Shown one piece after another: positions 42,275 through 53,100 of a stretch of 64,000 nt of DNA. The stretch's first letter is position 1. Every line of letters begins with the position of its first letter. Made by a program: the position numbers and the translations under genes. Source of the DNA: Lachnospiraceae bacterium UBA3692 (GTDB taxonomy: Bacteria; Bacillota; Clostridia; Lachnospirales; Lachnospiraceae). The stretch spans positions 9,837 to 73,836 of the forward strand of contig DFIR01000003.1 in NCBI GenBank assembly GCA_002372815.1, in the 5' to 3' direction. The notes beneath the pieces are model-generated. The model was not told where the DNA came from, made no database searches, and saw only the letters and a list, made by a program, of their open reading frames with translations.

Positions 42275-42654
42275 CACAGCAGACTGAAGACAAGAGCAAG
42301 TACAGGGTGGTGCTCTGCGGCGCCAGCGCCTATGACCAGAAATACTATTTCAACAAGCAGTTCGACGCGCTTCCGGAGAGCGTCAAGGAGGAGCTGCACA
42401 TTCTCTGCGTCCTTTTCACCGAGGATGTGGGAGGCGTCTTCACGGTGGAATTCGACCTGAACGGCCGGGTCGTCCTGAATTCCCGGAAGGACGAAGGGGA
42501 CCTTCTCTACGACGACGTCGGCGCGCCGCTCCTGATCGGACAGGTCTACCGGAAGAAGAAAGAGCTGCTCCGCGGCATCTCCATCTATTTCCGCGTGACG
42601 TTCCTGCATGAGGATCCCGCCGCGCTTCTGGAGGAAGAGGAGGACGACGATTGA
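42271..42654 (+). CDS. Conserved Lachnospiraceae protein (DUF6145-like)
   Basis: VLCGASAYDQKYYFN..F..LP..VK.EL motif; usual position between birA and dusB (family name from recall). Confidence 0.7.
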   Translation: MTQQTEDKSKYRVVLCGASAYDQKYYFNKQFDALPESVKEELHILCVLFTEDVGGVFTVEFDLNGRVVLNSRKDEGDLLYDDVGAPLLIGQVYRKKKELLRGISIYFRVTFLHEDPAALLEEEEDDD

Positions 42655-43646
42655 ACGGCACGGACAGAGAGAACGTCCCGGCCGGCGGCTTCTCCATCGG
42701 CAGCTGCCGGGTCCCGAACCGCGTAGTTTTCGCCCCGATGGCCGGCGTATCGGACCTGCCCTTCCGAAGGATCTGCAGGGAGATGGGAGCCGGGCTCGTC
42801 TGCATGGAGATGATCAGCGCCAAGGCGATCACCTACCACAACCGCCGGACGAGAGAACTGATGATGACGGATGACGCCGAGAGGCCGGTGTCGCTGCAGC
42901 TCTTCGGCCATGAGCCGGAAGTGATCGGCGAGGCCTGCCGCCTGATCGAACAGGAACCTTTCGACATCCTGGACATCAACATGGGCTGCCCGGTGAACAA
43001 GATCGTGAGCAACGGCGAGGGCAGTGCCCTGATGCAGGACCCCGGCCGGATCCGGGAGATCGTGCAGGCCGCTGTGGAGAACACGAGCCGGCCCGTGACC
43101 GTCAAGATCCGCAGAGGCTTCTCCGAGGACCGGCTCAATGCCGTGGAGTGCGCGCTGGCCGCGGAGGCCGTCGGTGCTTCCGCAGTCGCCGTCCACGGGA
43201 GGACCCGCAGCCAGATGTACAGCGGCAAGGCCGACTGGAACTGCATCCGGGAGGTCCGGGAGGCGGTAAGGATCCCGGTGATCGGCAACGGCGACGTGAC
43301 GGACGGACCGTCCGCTGCCCGCATGATGCGGGAGACCGGCTGCGACGCGGTCATGGTCGCGAGAGCGGCCAAGGGGAACCCCTGGATCTTCCGCGAGATC
43401 GCCGCTTATCTGCAGGGTGAGGAAGTCCCGCCCCGGCCCACGCGCGAGGAAGTCGCGGAGATGATCCTGCAGCACGCGCGCGCGGAGATCGCCTGCAAGG
43501 GTGAGCGGATCGCGATGCGGGAGATGCGCAGCCATGTCGCCTGGTATATCGCCGGTTTCCCCGGCGCTTCCGGCATACGCGGCCGGGTCGGCGGCATCAC
43601 GGTGATGGAAGAACTGGAGCGCCTCTGCGAGGAGATCCGCGGCTGA
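42651..43646 (+). CDS. dusB: tRNA-dihydrouridine synthase B
   Basis: APMAGVSD, DINMGCPV, VHGRTR.Q.YSG.ADW, IGNGDV, GNPWIF. Confidence 0.95.
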   Translation: MNGTDRENVPAGGFSIGSCRVPNRVVFAPMAGVSDLPFRRICREMGAGLVCMEMISAKAITYHNRRTRELMMTDDAERPVSLQLFGHEPEVIGEACRLIEQEPFDILDINMGCPVNKIVSNGEGSALMQDPGRIREIVQAAVENTSRPVTVKIRRGFSEDRLNAVECALAAEAVGASAVAVHGRTRSQMYSGKADWNCIREVREAVRIPVIGNGDVTDGPSAARMMRETGCDAVMVARAAKGNPWIFREIAAYLQGEEVPPRPTREEVAEMILQHARAEIACKGERIAMREMRSHVAWYIAGFPGASGIRGRVGGITVMEELERLCEEIRG

Positions 43647-43770
43647 GAGATCTTCGGAAGAGCATTCCCGCATGCGCGGTTGACAGTTCACGGAACAGAC
43701 AGTATAATTTACCCGCCCGCCTTATGGGCGGGGATGTTTTATAACACGTTACAGGGAGGAACGGTCGATT

Positions 43771-44274
43771 ATGGCAGAGATCGAGATCAAGAAAGTACGT
43801 ATGACCCAGGCGGAGAAGGACCGCAAGGAAGAGAAGCTGCAGTACCTGAAGAGCGTGCGCAGACAGGAAGTGGCGCAGAAGCTGCAGGAGGCGAGAGAGC
43901 AGGGCGACCTCTCCGAGAACGCCGAGTACGATGCCGCCAAGGACGAACAGCGCGACATCGAAGCCGAGATCATGAAGCTCGAGGAGCTCTTCAAGAACGT
44001 CGAGATCATCACCGACGAGGACATCTCCAGCGATACGGTCGGCATCGGGACAACTGTGCGTGTACTGAATCTCAAGACCAATAAAGAGAAGACCTACATG
44101 GTGGTCGGTTCCACGGAAGCGAACAGCATCAAGGGCAAGATCTCCAATGAATCCCCCATCGGCCGCGAGCTCGAGAACTGCGTCGTCGGCGATGAGGTCG
44201 TCGTGCGCTCCCCTATGGGCGAGACGGCTTACAGGGTGCTGGAGATCTGGAAGACCGAAACTGCAGGCGCTTAA
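43771..44274 (+). CDS. greA: Transcription elongation factor GreA
   Basis: EAREQGDLSENAEYDAAK, ISNESPIG. Confidence 0.97.
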   Translation: MAEIEIKKVRMTQAEKDRKEEKLQYLKSVRRQEVAQKLQEAREQGDLSENAEYDAAKDEQRDIEAEIMKLEELFKNVEIITDEDISSDTVGIGTTVRVLNLKTNKEKTYMVVGSTEANSIKGKISNESPIGRELENCVVGDEVVVRSPMGETAYRVLEIWKTETAGA

Positions 44275-44279
44275 GACTC

Positions 44280-44532
44280 GTTCCTCACTTTGAGCCTGCA
44301 GCGCAGCTTGCCTGCGGCAAGCTGTCGACACGTTGTGAATGGTCAGTTCCTCATTGTGAGCCCATCGGCGCAGCCTGCCTGCGGCAGGCTGTCGGCACGT
44401 TATGAATGGTCAGTTCCTCATTGTGAGCCCATTGTCGCAGCTTGCCGGCACATTATTGAAGAACTGAAAAGCTATAGATTCATTGTGCGCCCATCAGGGC
44501 AGCCTGCTTTCAGCGGGCTGCCCGCACATTAT
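44280..44532. repeat. Four degenerate ~62-67-bp REP-like units between greA and lysS
   Basis: gttcctcattgtgagccc...gcagcctgc-ctgcg-gcaggctg...gcac unit at 44280, 44346, 44413 and ~44478. Confidence 0.85.
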
Positions 44533-44551
44533 TTATAAAAGGAGAAGAGAT

Positions 44552-46042
44552 TTGGCACAGAACAATGCGCAGGTGACACAGGATATCTCGCAGCTGGAGA
44601 AGGTGCGCCGGGAGAAGCTGGCGCAGCTGCAGGCGGAGGGAAAGGATCCTTTCCGGATCGTTGCCTTCGATCAGACGCATCACAGTGTCGGGATCAAAGA
44701 GCACTTTGAGGAGCTGGAGAACAGCGATGTTTCCATCGCCGGCCGCATGCTCTTCAAACGTGTGATGGGCAAGGCTTCTTTCTGCAACATCCAGGACCGC
44801 GACGGCAGGATCCAGGTCTATGTCGCCCGCGATGAGATCGGCGAGGAGGCCTACAAGGACTTCAAGAAGATGGATATCGGCGATATCCTCGGCGTGAAGG
44901 GCTTCGTCTTCAAGACCAAGACCGGCGAGATCTCCGTGCACGCCAAGGAACTGGTGCTTCTGTCCAAATCCCTGTCGCCGCTGCCGGAGAAGTTCCACGG
45001 CCTGACCGACACCGACCTCCGCTACAGACAGCGCTACGTGGACCTCATCATGAATGAGGAGTCCCGTGACGTCTTCATCAAGCGCTCCAAGATCATCCAG
45101 GAGATCCGCAACTTCCTCGCCGGAAGGGATTTCATGGAAGTGGAGACGCCCATGCTCGTCGCCAATGCCGGCGGCGCCGCGGCGCGTCCTTTTGAGACCC
45201 ACTTCAACGCCCTCGATGAGGACGTGAAGCTCCGCATCTCCCTCGAGCTCTACCTGAAGAGACTGATCATCGGCGGCCTCGAGCGCGTCTACGAGATCGG
45301 CCGCGTCTTCCGCAACGAAGGCGTGGATACCAAGCACAACCCGGAATTCACCCTGATGGAGCTCTATCAGGCCTACACCGATTACAACGGCATGATGGAA
45401 CTGACCGAGAGCATGTTCCGGTATCTGGCGGAGAAGGTCTGCGGCACGACGACCATCACCTACGCCGGCACCGAGATCGATCTGGGCAGCCCCTTCCGCC
45501 GCCTGACCATGGTGGATGCCATCAAGGAGTACACCGGAGTCGATTTTGACGCGGTAACTTCCGATGAGGAGGCCAAGAAGATCGCCGACGAGCACCACAT
45601 CGAGTACGAGACCCGTCACAAGAAGGGCGACATCGTCAACCTCTTCTTCGACGAGTTCTGCGAGGACAAGATGATCCAGCCCACCTTCATCATGGATCAT
45701 CCCATCGAGATCAGCCCGCTGACCAAGAAGAAGCCCGACGACCCGACCAAGGTCGAGCGCTTCGAGCTCTACATCAACGGCTGGGAGATGTGCAACGCCT
45801 ATTCCGAGCTCAACGATCCCATCGATCAGCGTGAGCGTTTCGCCGCCCAGGACGCCCTTGCGGACGCCGGCGACGACGAGGCCCAGCACACCGATGAGGA
45901 CTTCCTCCACGCCATGGAGATCGGTATGCCCCCTACGGGCGGCATCGGCTACGGCATCGACCGTCTGACCATGCTCCTGACCGACAGCGCCGCCATCCGC
46001 GACGTGCTCCTGTTCCCGACTATGAAGTCCATCAAGGAATAA
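44552..46042 (+). CDS. lysS: Lysine--tRNA ligase (class II)
   Basis: [30 protein letters not shown]...[28 protein letters not shown]; TTG start after AAGGAG. Confidence 0.98.
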   Translation: MAQNNAQVTQDISQLEKVRREKLAQLQAEGKDPFRIVAFDQTHHSVGIKEHFEELENSDVSIAGRMLFKRVMGKASFCNIQDRDGRIQVYVARDEIGEEAYKDFKKMDIGDILGVKGFVFKTKTGEISVHAKELVLLSKSLSPLPEKFHGLTDTDLRYRQRYVDLIMNEESRDVFIKRSKIIQEIRNFLAGRDFMEVETPMLVANAGGAAARPFETHFNALDEDVKLRISLELYLKRLIIGGLERVYEIGRVFRNEGVDTKHNPEFTLMELYQAYTDYNGMMELTESMFRYLAEKVCGTTTITYAGTEIDLGSPFRRLTMVDAIKEYTGVDFDAVTSDEEAKKIADEHHIEYETRHKKGDIVNLFFDEFCEDKMIQPTFIMDHPIEISPLTKKKPDDPTKVERFELYINGWEMCNAYSELNDPIDQRERFAAQDALADAGDDEAQHTDEDFLHAMEIGMPPTGGIGYGIDRLTMLLTDSAAIRDVLLFPTMKSIKE

Positions 46043-46084
46043 AGCCAGACTTTATCTAGGTTTTTCGGCCCTCGCTGCCAGAAC

Positions 46085-46117
46085 TTACGACCAACTTACG
46101 ACCAAATTTACGACCAA
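46085..46117 (+). repeat. Three direct repeats TTACGACCAA, candidate integrase arm-type sites
   Basis: Copies at 46085, 46096, 46108, about 45 bp after the lysS stop. Confidence 0.75.
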
Positions 46118-46283
46118 TAGAAAAAACTTAACATGGAACAAAAACAGTTGCGTCTGCCATCCGGAGGGTGGAGACGGGGCTGTTTTTTTGTAGACGATAC
46201 TTTTGAACGCTTACAAAGGCTTCCTTCCACGACATAATGGCAGGTGAAAGAAATTGTCATTCCACAGAAGGGAGGAAACACAA

Positions 46284-46499
46284 ATGTACAAGCTTACTGC
46301 AAGATGCGCTTGCTGCGACAAAGAAGGAACCTACGAGATGAACGAGGAGGAGTATGTGACTCTTCAACGCTACCAACTTCATGGCCGCCAGCTGGGATAT
46401 ATTCAGGAACTATTTCCAAACGTGCCGGCTTGGATCCGGAGCGGAGCGATCGATCAGTACAGTGGCGGATTCTGTATCTGTCCGGATTGCTGCGGGTGA
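46284..46499 (+). CDS. Small Cys-rich (CxCC...CxCPxCC) hypothetical protein
   Basis: Strong RBS AAGGGAGG, 71 aa, zinc-binding-like cysteine clusters at both ends. Confidence 0.7.
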   Translation: MYKLTARCACCDKEGTYEMNEEEYVTLQRYQLHGRQLGYIQELFPNVPAWIRSGAIDQYSGGFCICPDCCG

Positions 46500-46911
46500 T
46501 GGCAGTTCATTATGACGTAAGTCTACTTTGCAGATTATTCTTGGATTCTTTATTACATCTTCTTGATTCTTGAATTGGGAGTTTAGAACTGTAGTGTATG
46601 ATAGTCATTGTAAACGAGAGAGCGGTCAATAACTCCCCCCTCAGATGACCGCTCCTCTTACAAAAAATATACATACTCCCCCTTTCAAAAAGAAGCCCTT
46701 TACAGTGGCGCCGAATAATCGGATCTGCTGTAAAGGGCTTCTTTTTGTCAGCAGAACACATAGAAGAAAATGGTTGAACCCAGCAATCAAGACTCGTCAT
46801 ATGTCCCTAAGTGCATATGTAAATGTATCTTTTGTTGTGGAGTAGAATTGGCCCTCCACATATAATATAATTAATCCAGTTCTGAAGATGAGTGATAAAA
46901 GGAGACCAACG

Positions 46912-48642
46912 ATGGATGCGCATAAGGCATTAATTACTGATATTTTCAACAATTCAACGCTCGTAGAGGTTCCATTCTTCCAGAGATCATATGTATGGAA
47001 AGAAGACCTTTGGTCTCGTTTACTCGAGGACATGGAGTATGTGGTAGAAACGAGGAAACCACATTTTTTGGGATCGATTATTTTGAAAGAGGGGAGGCAT
47101 CCTGTCCCAGGAGAATTGTTCTCTTCATGTAGAACGGTTGTAGACGGACAGCAGCGTCTCACAACCTTCTTGCTGTTTCTAAAAGTCCTTTGCCTCAAAC
47201 TGGGTCAAACTGTAATGTTCGATTATCAGTTTCGCATCATGGGGCAGATGATTGCACTTCGCCATGGCAGGAATGATGTAGATGCTTTTGAGAAAGTCAT
47301 GGCGACAACTACTCCTACAGAAATATCAAACCCTGCTCCTGGTTCCAGGGTAATCGAGGCATACAATTCTTTTGTCAAAAACATGGACGAAACAAAACTG
47401 GATATTATGACAATTATCATGAATACCCAGTTTGTAAGAATTGATCTGGATGCCAATGAGGATGAACAGCAGATCTTTGATACGATTAATTCACTTGGAG
47501 TAAGCTTAACAACATCTGAGCTTTTAAAGAACTACTTTTTCAATAGAGAGACGGCTGCCGAGTATGATAGTAAGTGGGCATCGGTATTTGAAAAAGATAC
47601 AGAGACAAAAGCTTACTGGGATCAGGAAATCGAGTCTGGGCGCACCAAGAAAGCACTGATTGATATCTTCTTCGATGCCTTTTTCTTGATGTTTACCCAA
47701 GACAAGAAATACCCGATCGTAGCCGAAGACAGAATTGCATATAACCGTTTGGATAGACTTGCACTTTCTTATCAGCACTTTATCAACAAGTACTGTAATG
47801 GAGATAAGAGTGTCGTTTTGGATAAACTTAAGCCATATGCAACATGCTTCCAGGAGACATTCCGCCTGGAGGATTGTGACATGTGCGTTCCTCCTACATA
47901 TGGTATTGAACGATTGAATATTGTGATATTCGGATTAAAGACTACGACACTGATTCCTTACGTGTTGTATCTTTCTCATAATATCTCTGATGAATCGATT
48001 CTTAATGAAATGTACGGTATCCTGGAAAGCTATTTCATGAGGAGGATGGTTGTTCACGCATCAACAAAAAACTATAATGGCATAATCAATTCACTTCTTC
48101 TTAATCGAGTGAAAGAGCCTGACAGTCTAAGGTCGTTTCTCATAAAAAGCGAGGATGCGACAACCTATTATCCGGATGAGACGGAGCTTCACAATGGGTT
48201 TCATAATTCTCGACTTACGAATCTACAGACTCGCGGCATTCTGTACTTGTTGGAAAGCTATATCCGTCCATCTCAGACAGCTACAACACTTTTTGGATTT
48301 AACAGCTACAGCCTTGAACACTTGATGCCGAAGAAATGGAGAAATCAGTGGGACGCATGTGAAACAGAAGAGCTGGAGAGAAGGCGTGATTTAAAACTGC
48401 TTACGTTAGGTAATCTTGCCATTATTCCTCAATCATTGAATGCATCAATCAGAGACGGCAACTGGGAAACGAAACTGAATGGGAAAGGAAAGAGACCAGG
48501 ATTAAAGGCGTGTGCTGCCGGACTTGCAACGATGAGAGATGTTCTTCAAAAGGAAACATGGTCCGAAGAATACATAGAAGAAAGAGCGGAGCAGCTGTTT
48601 GGCTATGCGAAAGATCTCTGGTCAGTAGGACTAGGAGAATAG
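46912..48642 (+). CDS. DUF262 + DUF1524/HNH protein (GmrSD-like modification-dependent restriction endonuclease)
   Basis: VPFFQRSYVW, VVDGQQRLTT, IFDTINSLG (DUF262); SLEHLMP...LGNL...N (HNH); RBS AGGAG. Confidence 0.9.
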   Translation: MDAHKALITDIFNNSTLVEVPFFQRSYVWKEDLWSRLLEDMEYVVETRKPHFLGSIILKEGRHPVPGELFSSCRTVVDGQQRLTTFLLFLKVLCLKLGQTVMFDYQFRIMGQMIALRHGRNDVDAFEKVMATTTPTEISNPAPGSRVIEAYNSFVKNMDETKLDIMTIIMNTQFVRIDLDANEDEQQIFDTINSLGVSLTTSELLKNYFFNRETAAEYDSKWASVFEKDTETKAYWDQEIESGRTKKALIDIFFDAFFLMFTQDKKYPIVAEDRIAYNRLDRLALSYQHFINKYCNGDKSVVLDKLKPYATCFQETFRLEDCDMCVPPTYGIERLNIVIFGLKTTTLIPYVLYLSHNISDESILNEMYGILESYFMRRMVVHASTKNYNGIINSLLLNRVKEPDSLRSFLIKSEDATTYYPDETELHNGFHNSRLTNLQTRGILYLLESYIRPSQTATTLFGFNSYSLEHLMPKKWRNQWDACETEELERRRDLKLLTLGNLAIIPQSLNASIRDGNWETKLNGKGKRPGLKACAAGLATMRDVLQKETWSEEYIEERAEQLFGYAKDLWSVGLGE

Positions 48643-48883
48643 AGCTTTTGTGCAAATGAGTAAGGGATATCCCGGGGATGCTAATATCCCTGGGATATTC
48701 TTTGTGAGATGCTTTCACAAACTGGAATTCAAGAAAAGTGTACTGGCTAACATCATCAATCACCAGGAGCAGGACAGAATACGACAGAGAGTATTGAACG
48801 ATATAGAAAAATCTGCGAAACACTTCAGAATCTGGTATCATATTAAATGGACTCATATACGTTTATTAAGAATAAGGAGCGCC

Positions 48884-50077
48884 ATGAGCAACTCGGACAA
48901 TCCAGGAAATGGAGCCAACTTCCAGAGACAGGTATTTGGCTGGTTTGAGAATCATTATAAGCAGAGATTTATTCTTGAAAAGAAGATTCCTATCGGCAAG
49001 CCAGCCAAGGATCATAAGTTTGATATTGTTGATGATGCTGGCACGATCGCCATTGAATGCAAGAGGTACACGTGGACTGAATCGGGGAATGTGCCTAGTG
49101 CAAAGATGGGATTTACAAATGAGGCGGCGTTCTATCTGACCTTCCTGCCAGACAGTTATGAGAAATATATCGTGATGCTCAGGTCGTATCACCCGAAGCG
49201 TCAGGAGAGCCTTGCGGAGTATTACTATAGAACGAATCGTCATCTGATCGGAAAGATCAAAGTGGCCGAATATGATCCGGAGAGTGATGAACTGAGAGTC
49301 ATCGGAGATGGTGCCGCAACTACAAATGGAGCTTACCTGAAGATCATACAGGACTATTTGAACGCAGAAGGCCTTCTATATGAAACGAACCTTCCGGAAA
49401 GAATCAAAAAGCGGAAGGCAGGAAAGATGTACACGATGCAGGAACATGTTCGCGGCATCATCTATGCATTTCTTTCCAGTCAGACTAAGTGGCACCGTAT
49501 CGAACCTCATCTGGGAGAAATTGATAAGCTATTCTTCAACTACGATATAGGGAAGATCCTGGCTCATAGCCCTGCATATTTCTATGATTCTTTGTACAGC
49601 TTAAAATGCGGGAACATCAGTACAAAAGCGCAGATGGAATCACTACCGGATATCATCCATCTTTTACAACATATAGAAAATGAATACGGTAGTATCGATT
49701 CATTCATTACTTCGGAAGAGCCGGACATAATTGTACAGAAACTGTCGAAAGGATCCTCTCCATACAAAATCAAGATGCTCGGAGAGGCATTGGCATGGGA
49801 ATATTTACGGAATGTGGGCATAGATGGCGCGAAGCCGGACACCCATCTTCGAAGATTCCTGGGAGCTGATCGAATGGGAACCGGAGAAAATTCTCCAGCA
49901 ACGGTCAGTGAAGTGAATGAACAAGTGACGCAGTTATCGGAACAAACCGGTTTGTATAAAGGCGAGATCGACAACCTGATCTGGAGCTTTTGCGCAGATG
50001 GGTATGGAGAAATCTGTACGGCGACACCACACTGCGGGAAATGCCCGATAGCTGACTACTGTAACAGTAACAATTGA
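48884..50077 (+). CDS. Putative PD-(D/E)XK nuclease fused to an HhH-GPD DNA glycosylase with [4Fe-4S] loop
   Basis: N-terminus HKFDIV...IAIECK; C-terminus KMLGEALAWEYLRNVG...KPDTHLRR and CTATPHCGKCPIADYC; RBS TAAGGAG before ATG 48884. Confidence 0.7.
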   Translation: MSNSDNPGNGANFQRQVFGWFENHYKQRFILEKKIPIGKPAKDHKFDIVDDAGTIAIECKRYTWTESGNVPSAKMGFTNEAAFYLTFLPDSYEKYIVMLRSYHPKRQESLAEYYYRTNRHLIGKIKVAEYDPESDELRVIGDGAATTNGAYLKIIQDYLNAEGLLYETNLPERIKKRKAGKMYTMQEHVRGIIYAFLSSQTKWHRIEPHLGEIDKLFFNYDIGKILAHSPAYFYDSLYSLKCGNISTKAQMESLPDIIHLLQHIENEYGSIDSFITSEEPDIIVQKLSKGSSPYKIKMLGEALAWEYLRNVGIDGAKPDTHLRRFLGADRMGTGENSPATVSEVNEQVTQLSEQTGLYKGEIDNLIWSFCADGYGEICTATPHCGKCPIADYCNSNN

Positions 50078-50121
50078 CAATCGAAACTTTACATAAGCGA
50101 AAGAAGCCGGAGGGTAATCTC

Positions 50122-53100
50122 ATGTCTTCTAACTTCAGCTTTCTGCAGGATAGATTTCCTGTCCTGGCCAATTTTGGCGAGCTCGCCGAGAAATACTGTT
50201 ATTCGGATTCCAACTCCAGCCTGATGAAACTAGGGATGATTGGCGAGACCATCGTCAACCTCATGTTTACTTATGACAGGGTACCGCGTCCGTATGATGA
50301 TACTGCAGTTGTCCGGATAGATACGCTTCTCAGGGAAGGCCTGATCACAAACGATCTGGCTGATGTCCTTCACGCGCTTCGGAAGATCCGTAACAGGGCG
50401 GTTCACCAGAATTACACGTCAACAGAGGATGCAAAACTATTCTTGCAGATGGCCTACAGCCTGTGCGAATGGTTTATGCAGACCTATGGTGACTATACCT
50501 ATCAGAACAAGCCGTTTGTGATGCCTCAGCCGGAGCAGGAGAAGAAGGCACACACAGAAGCGGAGAAGACGGAAGAAGCGAAGAAAGAAGAAAAGCTGGC
50601 AGAAGAGGCAGAAGAGACTGCCCAGAAAGCAAAGAAGGTTGATACAGAGACCCGTAAGAAGCAAGCCCAGAAAGCTGCCGGCAAGCGCGTCAAATCTGAG
50701 GCTGAGACCCGGTACATGATCGACGAGCAGCTGCGGAAGACTGGCTGGGAGGCAGACACAGAACAGCTTCGTTATTCCAAAGGCACTCGGCCCGAGAAGG
50801 GCAGAAATATGGCCATTGCTGAGTGGCCGACAGATTCCGTTGTCGGGAACAAGGGCTATGCTGACTATGCCCTCTTCATGGGTGAGAAGCTGGTCGCGAT
50901 GGTGGAAGCCAAGGCCGAACATATCGACATCCCCTCGGTAATTGACTATCAGTGTAAGGACTACTCAAGACTGGTCCGATCGGCAGATGATCAGTACAGG
51001 ATTGGGCAGTGGGGAGATTACAAAGTTCCGTTTACATTCGCCACCAATGGCAGGAAATATCTCAAACAGTTTGAACAGAAATCCGGCATCTGGTTTTTGG
51101 ATCTCCGGAGACCTGATAATGCGCCGAAGGCTCTGCATGGATGGATCAGTCCTACGGGTATGGCCGAGATGCTTGAGAAGGACATCGCTGCAGGCAACAA
51201 ACAGCTGGAGCAGATGCCCTATGACCTTTTGCGGGACAAGGATGGTTTGAACCTCAGGGAATACCAAATCAAGGCCATCAAAGCAGCGGAGACCGCTATT
51301 GTGAACGGCCAGCAGAATGTGCTTCTTGCCATGGCCACCGGCACAGGTAAGACCAGGACCATCCTGGGAATGATCTACCGCTTCCTGAAGACCGGACGGT
51401 TCCGCCGCATCCTGTTCCTCGTAGACAGAAATGCGCTCGGGGAGCAGGCGGAGGATGTCTTCAAAGAGGTGAAGCTCGAGGACCTGATGACCCTCGACGA
51501 CATCTATAATATCAAGGGCCTGGAAGATAAGACCATCGACAAGGAGACACGGATCCAGGTAGCCACTGTCCAGAGCATGGTGAAAAGGATCCTGTATAAC
51601 GACGAGGATACCATGCCCGCCGTCACCGACTATGATCTGGTCATTATTGATGAGGCTCATCGCGGTTATATTCTGGACCGGGAGATGGGTGACGAAGAAG
51701 CCCTCTACCGTGATCAGCTGGATTACCAGAGTAAATACAGGAGTGTAGTGGAGTATTTCGATGCAGTACGGATCGCGCTGACGGCAACCCCTGCACTTCA
51801 AACCACCCAGATTTTCGGGCAGCCGGTGTTCAAGTACACTTACAGAGAGGCTGTTATCGAAGGATATCTGGTGGACCACGATGCTCCGCATGAATTGAAA
51901 ACACGGCTCAGCGAAGGCGGTATCCACTACAAAAAGGGTGACACAGTCATCATTTATGATCCGGTATCCGGGGAGCTCATGAACAGTGAAGCTCTCGAGG
52001 ATGAGCTGGACTTTGACATCGATAAGTTCAATCGCCAGGTCATCACCGAGAATTTCAACAGAACGGTACTTACCGAGATCGCCCGGGATATCGATCCGGA
52101 GTCCCCGGAGGTGCAGGGCAAGACACTGATTTATGCGGTGGACGACCAGCATGCAGATCTGATCGTCAAGATCCTGAAGGAGATCTATGCGGAGTACGGC
52201 GTCGACAATGACGCGATCATGAAGATCACCGGCAGCGTCGGTGGCGGAAACCGGAAGAAGGTCCAGGAAGCCATCAAGCGTTTTAAGAACGAACGTTACC
52301 CCAGCATCGTGGTGACAGTTGACCTGCTCACGACAGGCATCGATGTTCCAGAGATCACAACGCTTGTATTTATGCGCAGGATCAGGAGCCGTATCCTGTT
52401 TGAGCAGATGATGGGAAGAGCCACCCGACTTTGCCCGTCTATTCATAAGACACACTTTGAAATTTACGATCCGGTCGGCGTCTATGAGTCCCTGGCGGAT
52501 GTCAACACCATGAAGCCGGTGGTGGCGAATCCTTCTGTGTCTTTCAAACAGCTCATTGCTGAACTCGAGCAGATGGAAGACGCGAAGCAGATCGACTATC
52601 AGATCAGTCAGATCGTCGCCAAGCTTCAGAGAAAGCGCCGCAACATCGACAGCGCCACGATGGAACAGTTCATTGATCTTGCCGGAGGGAAGGATCCGTC
52701 CGGCGTCATCGCAAGCCTTGTCGGAGATGATGGTAGGCGGATACTGAAAGGTGACATTGAGCCGATGAAGGATGATCCGGAATCCCGCAGGCAGCGCCTG
52801 CAGGCATACAAAAAGGCGCTGGAGTACCTGGATCATATTTCCAAGCCCAGGCCGGTGGTGATTTCGACAGCCGAGGACGAGCTGCTGTCACATGAGCGGG
52901 GATATGGAAACGGAAGCAGACCGGAAGACTATCTGGATAGTTTCGCCGCGTTTATCAAGAACAATATGAACCAGATTGCTGCGCTCAACATCGTCTGCAC
53001 CAGACCGAAGGAGCTGACCAGGGAGAGCCTGAAGAACCTGCGGCTTGCACTCGACCGGGAAGGGTTCACGACACAGCAGCTGAATACCGCTATCTCCCAG

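Noticed and set aside
44280-44550. T-box or lysine riboswitch upstream of lysS
   Set aside because: No T-box consensus (AAGGTGGTACC-like) and no lysine riboswitch motifs; the region is tandem repeats
46510-46845. Small ORFs as type I toxins
   Set aside because: No hydrophobic TM segment; the ORFs run through hairpins and look spurious
48650-48883. N-terminal 78-aa extension of the nuclease-glycosylase ORF
   Set aside because: It overlaps a terminator-like hairpin (~48662-48703), and a strong RBS TAAGGAG precedes ATG 48884
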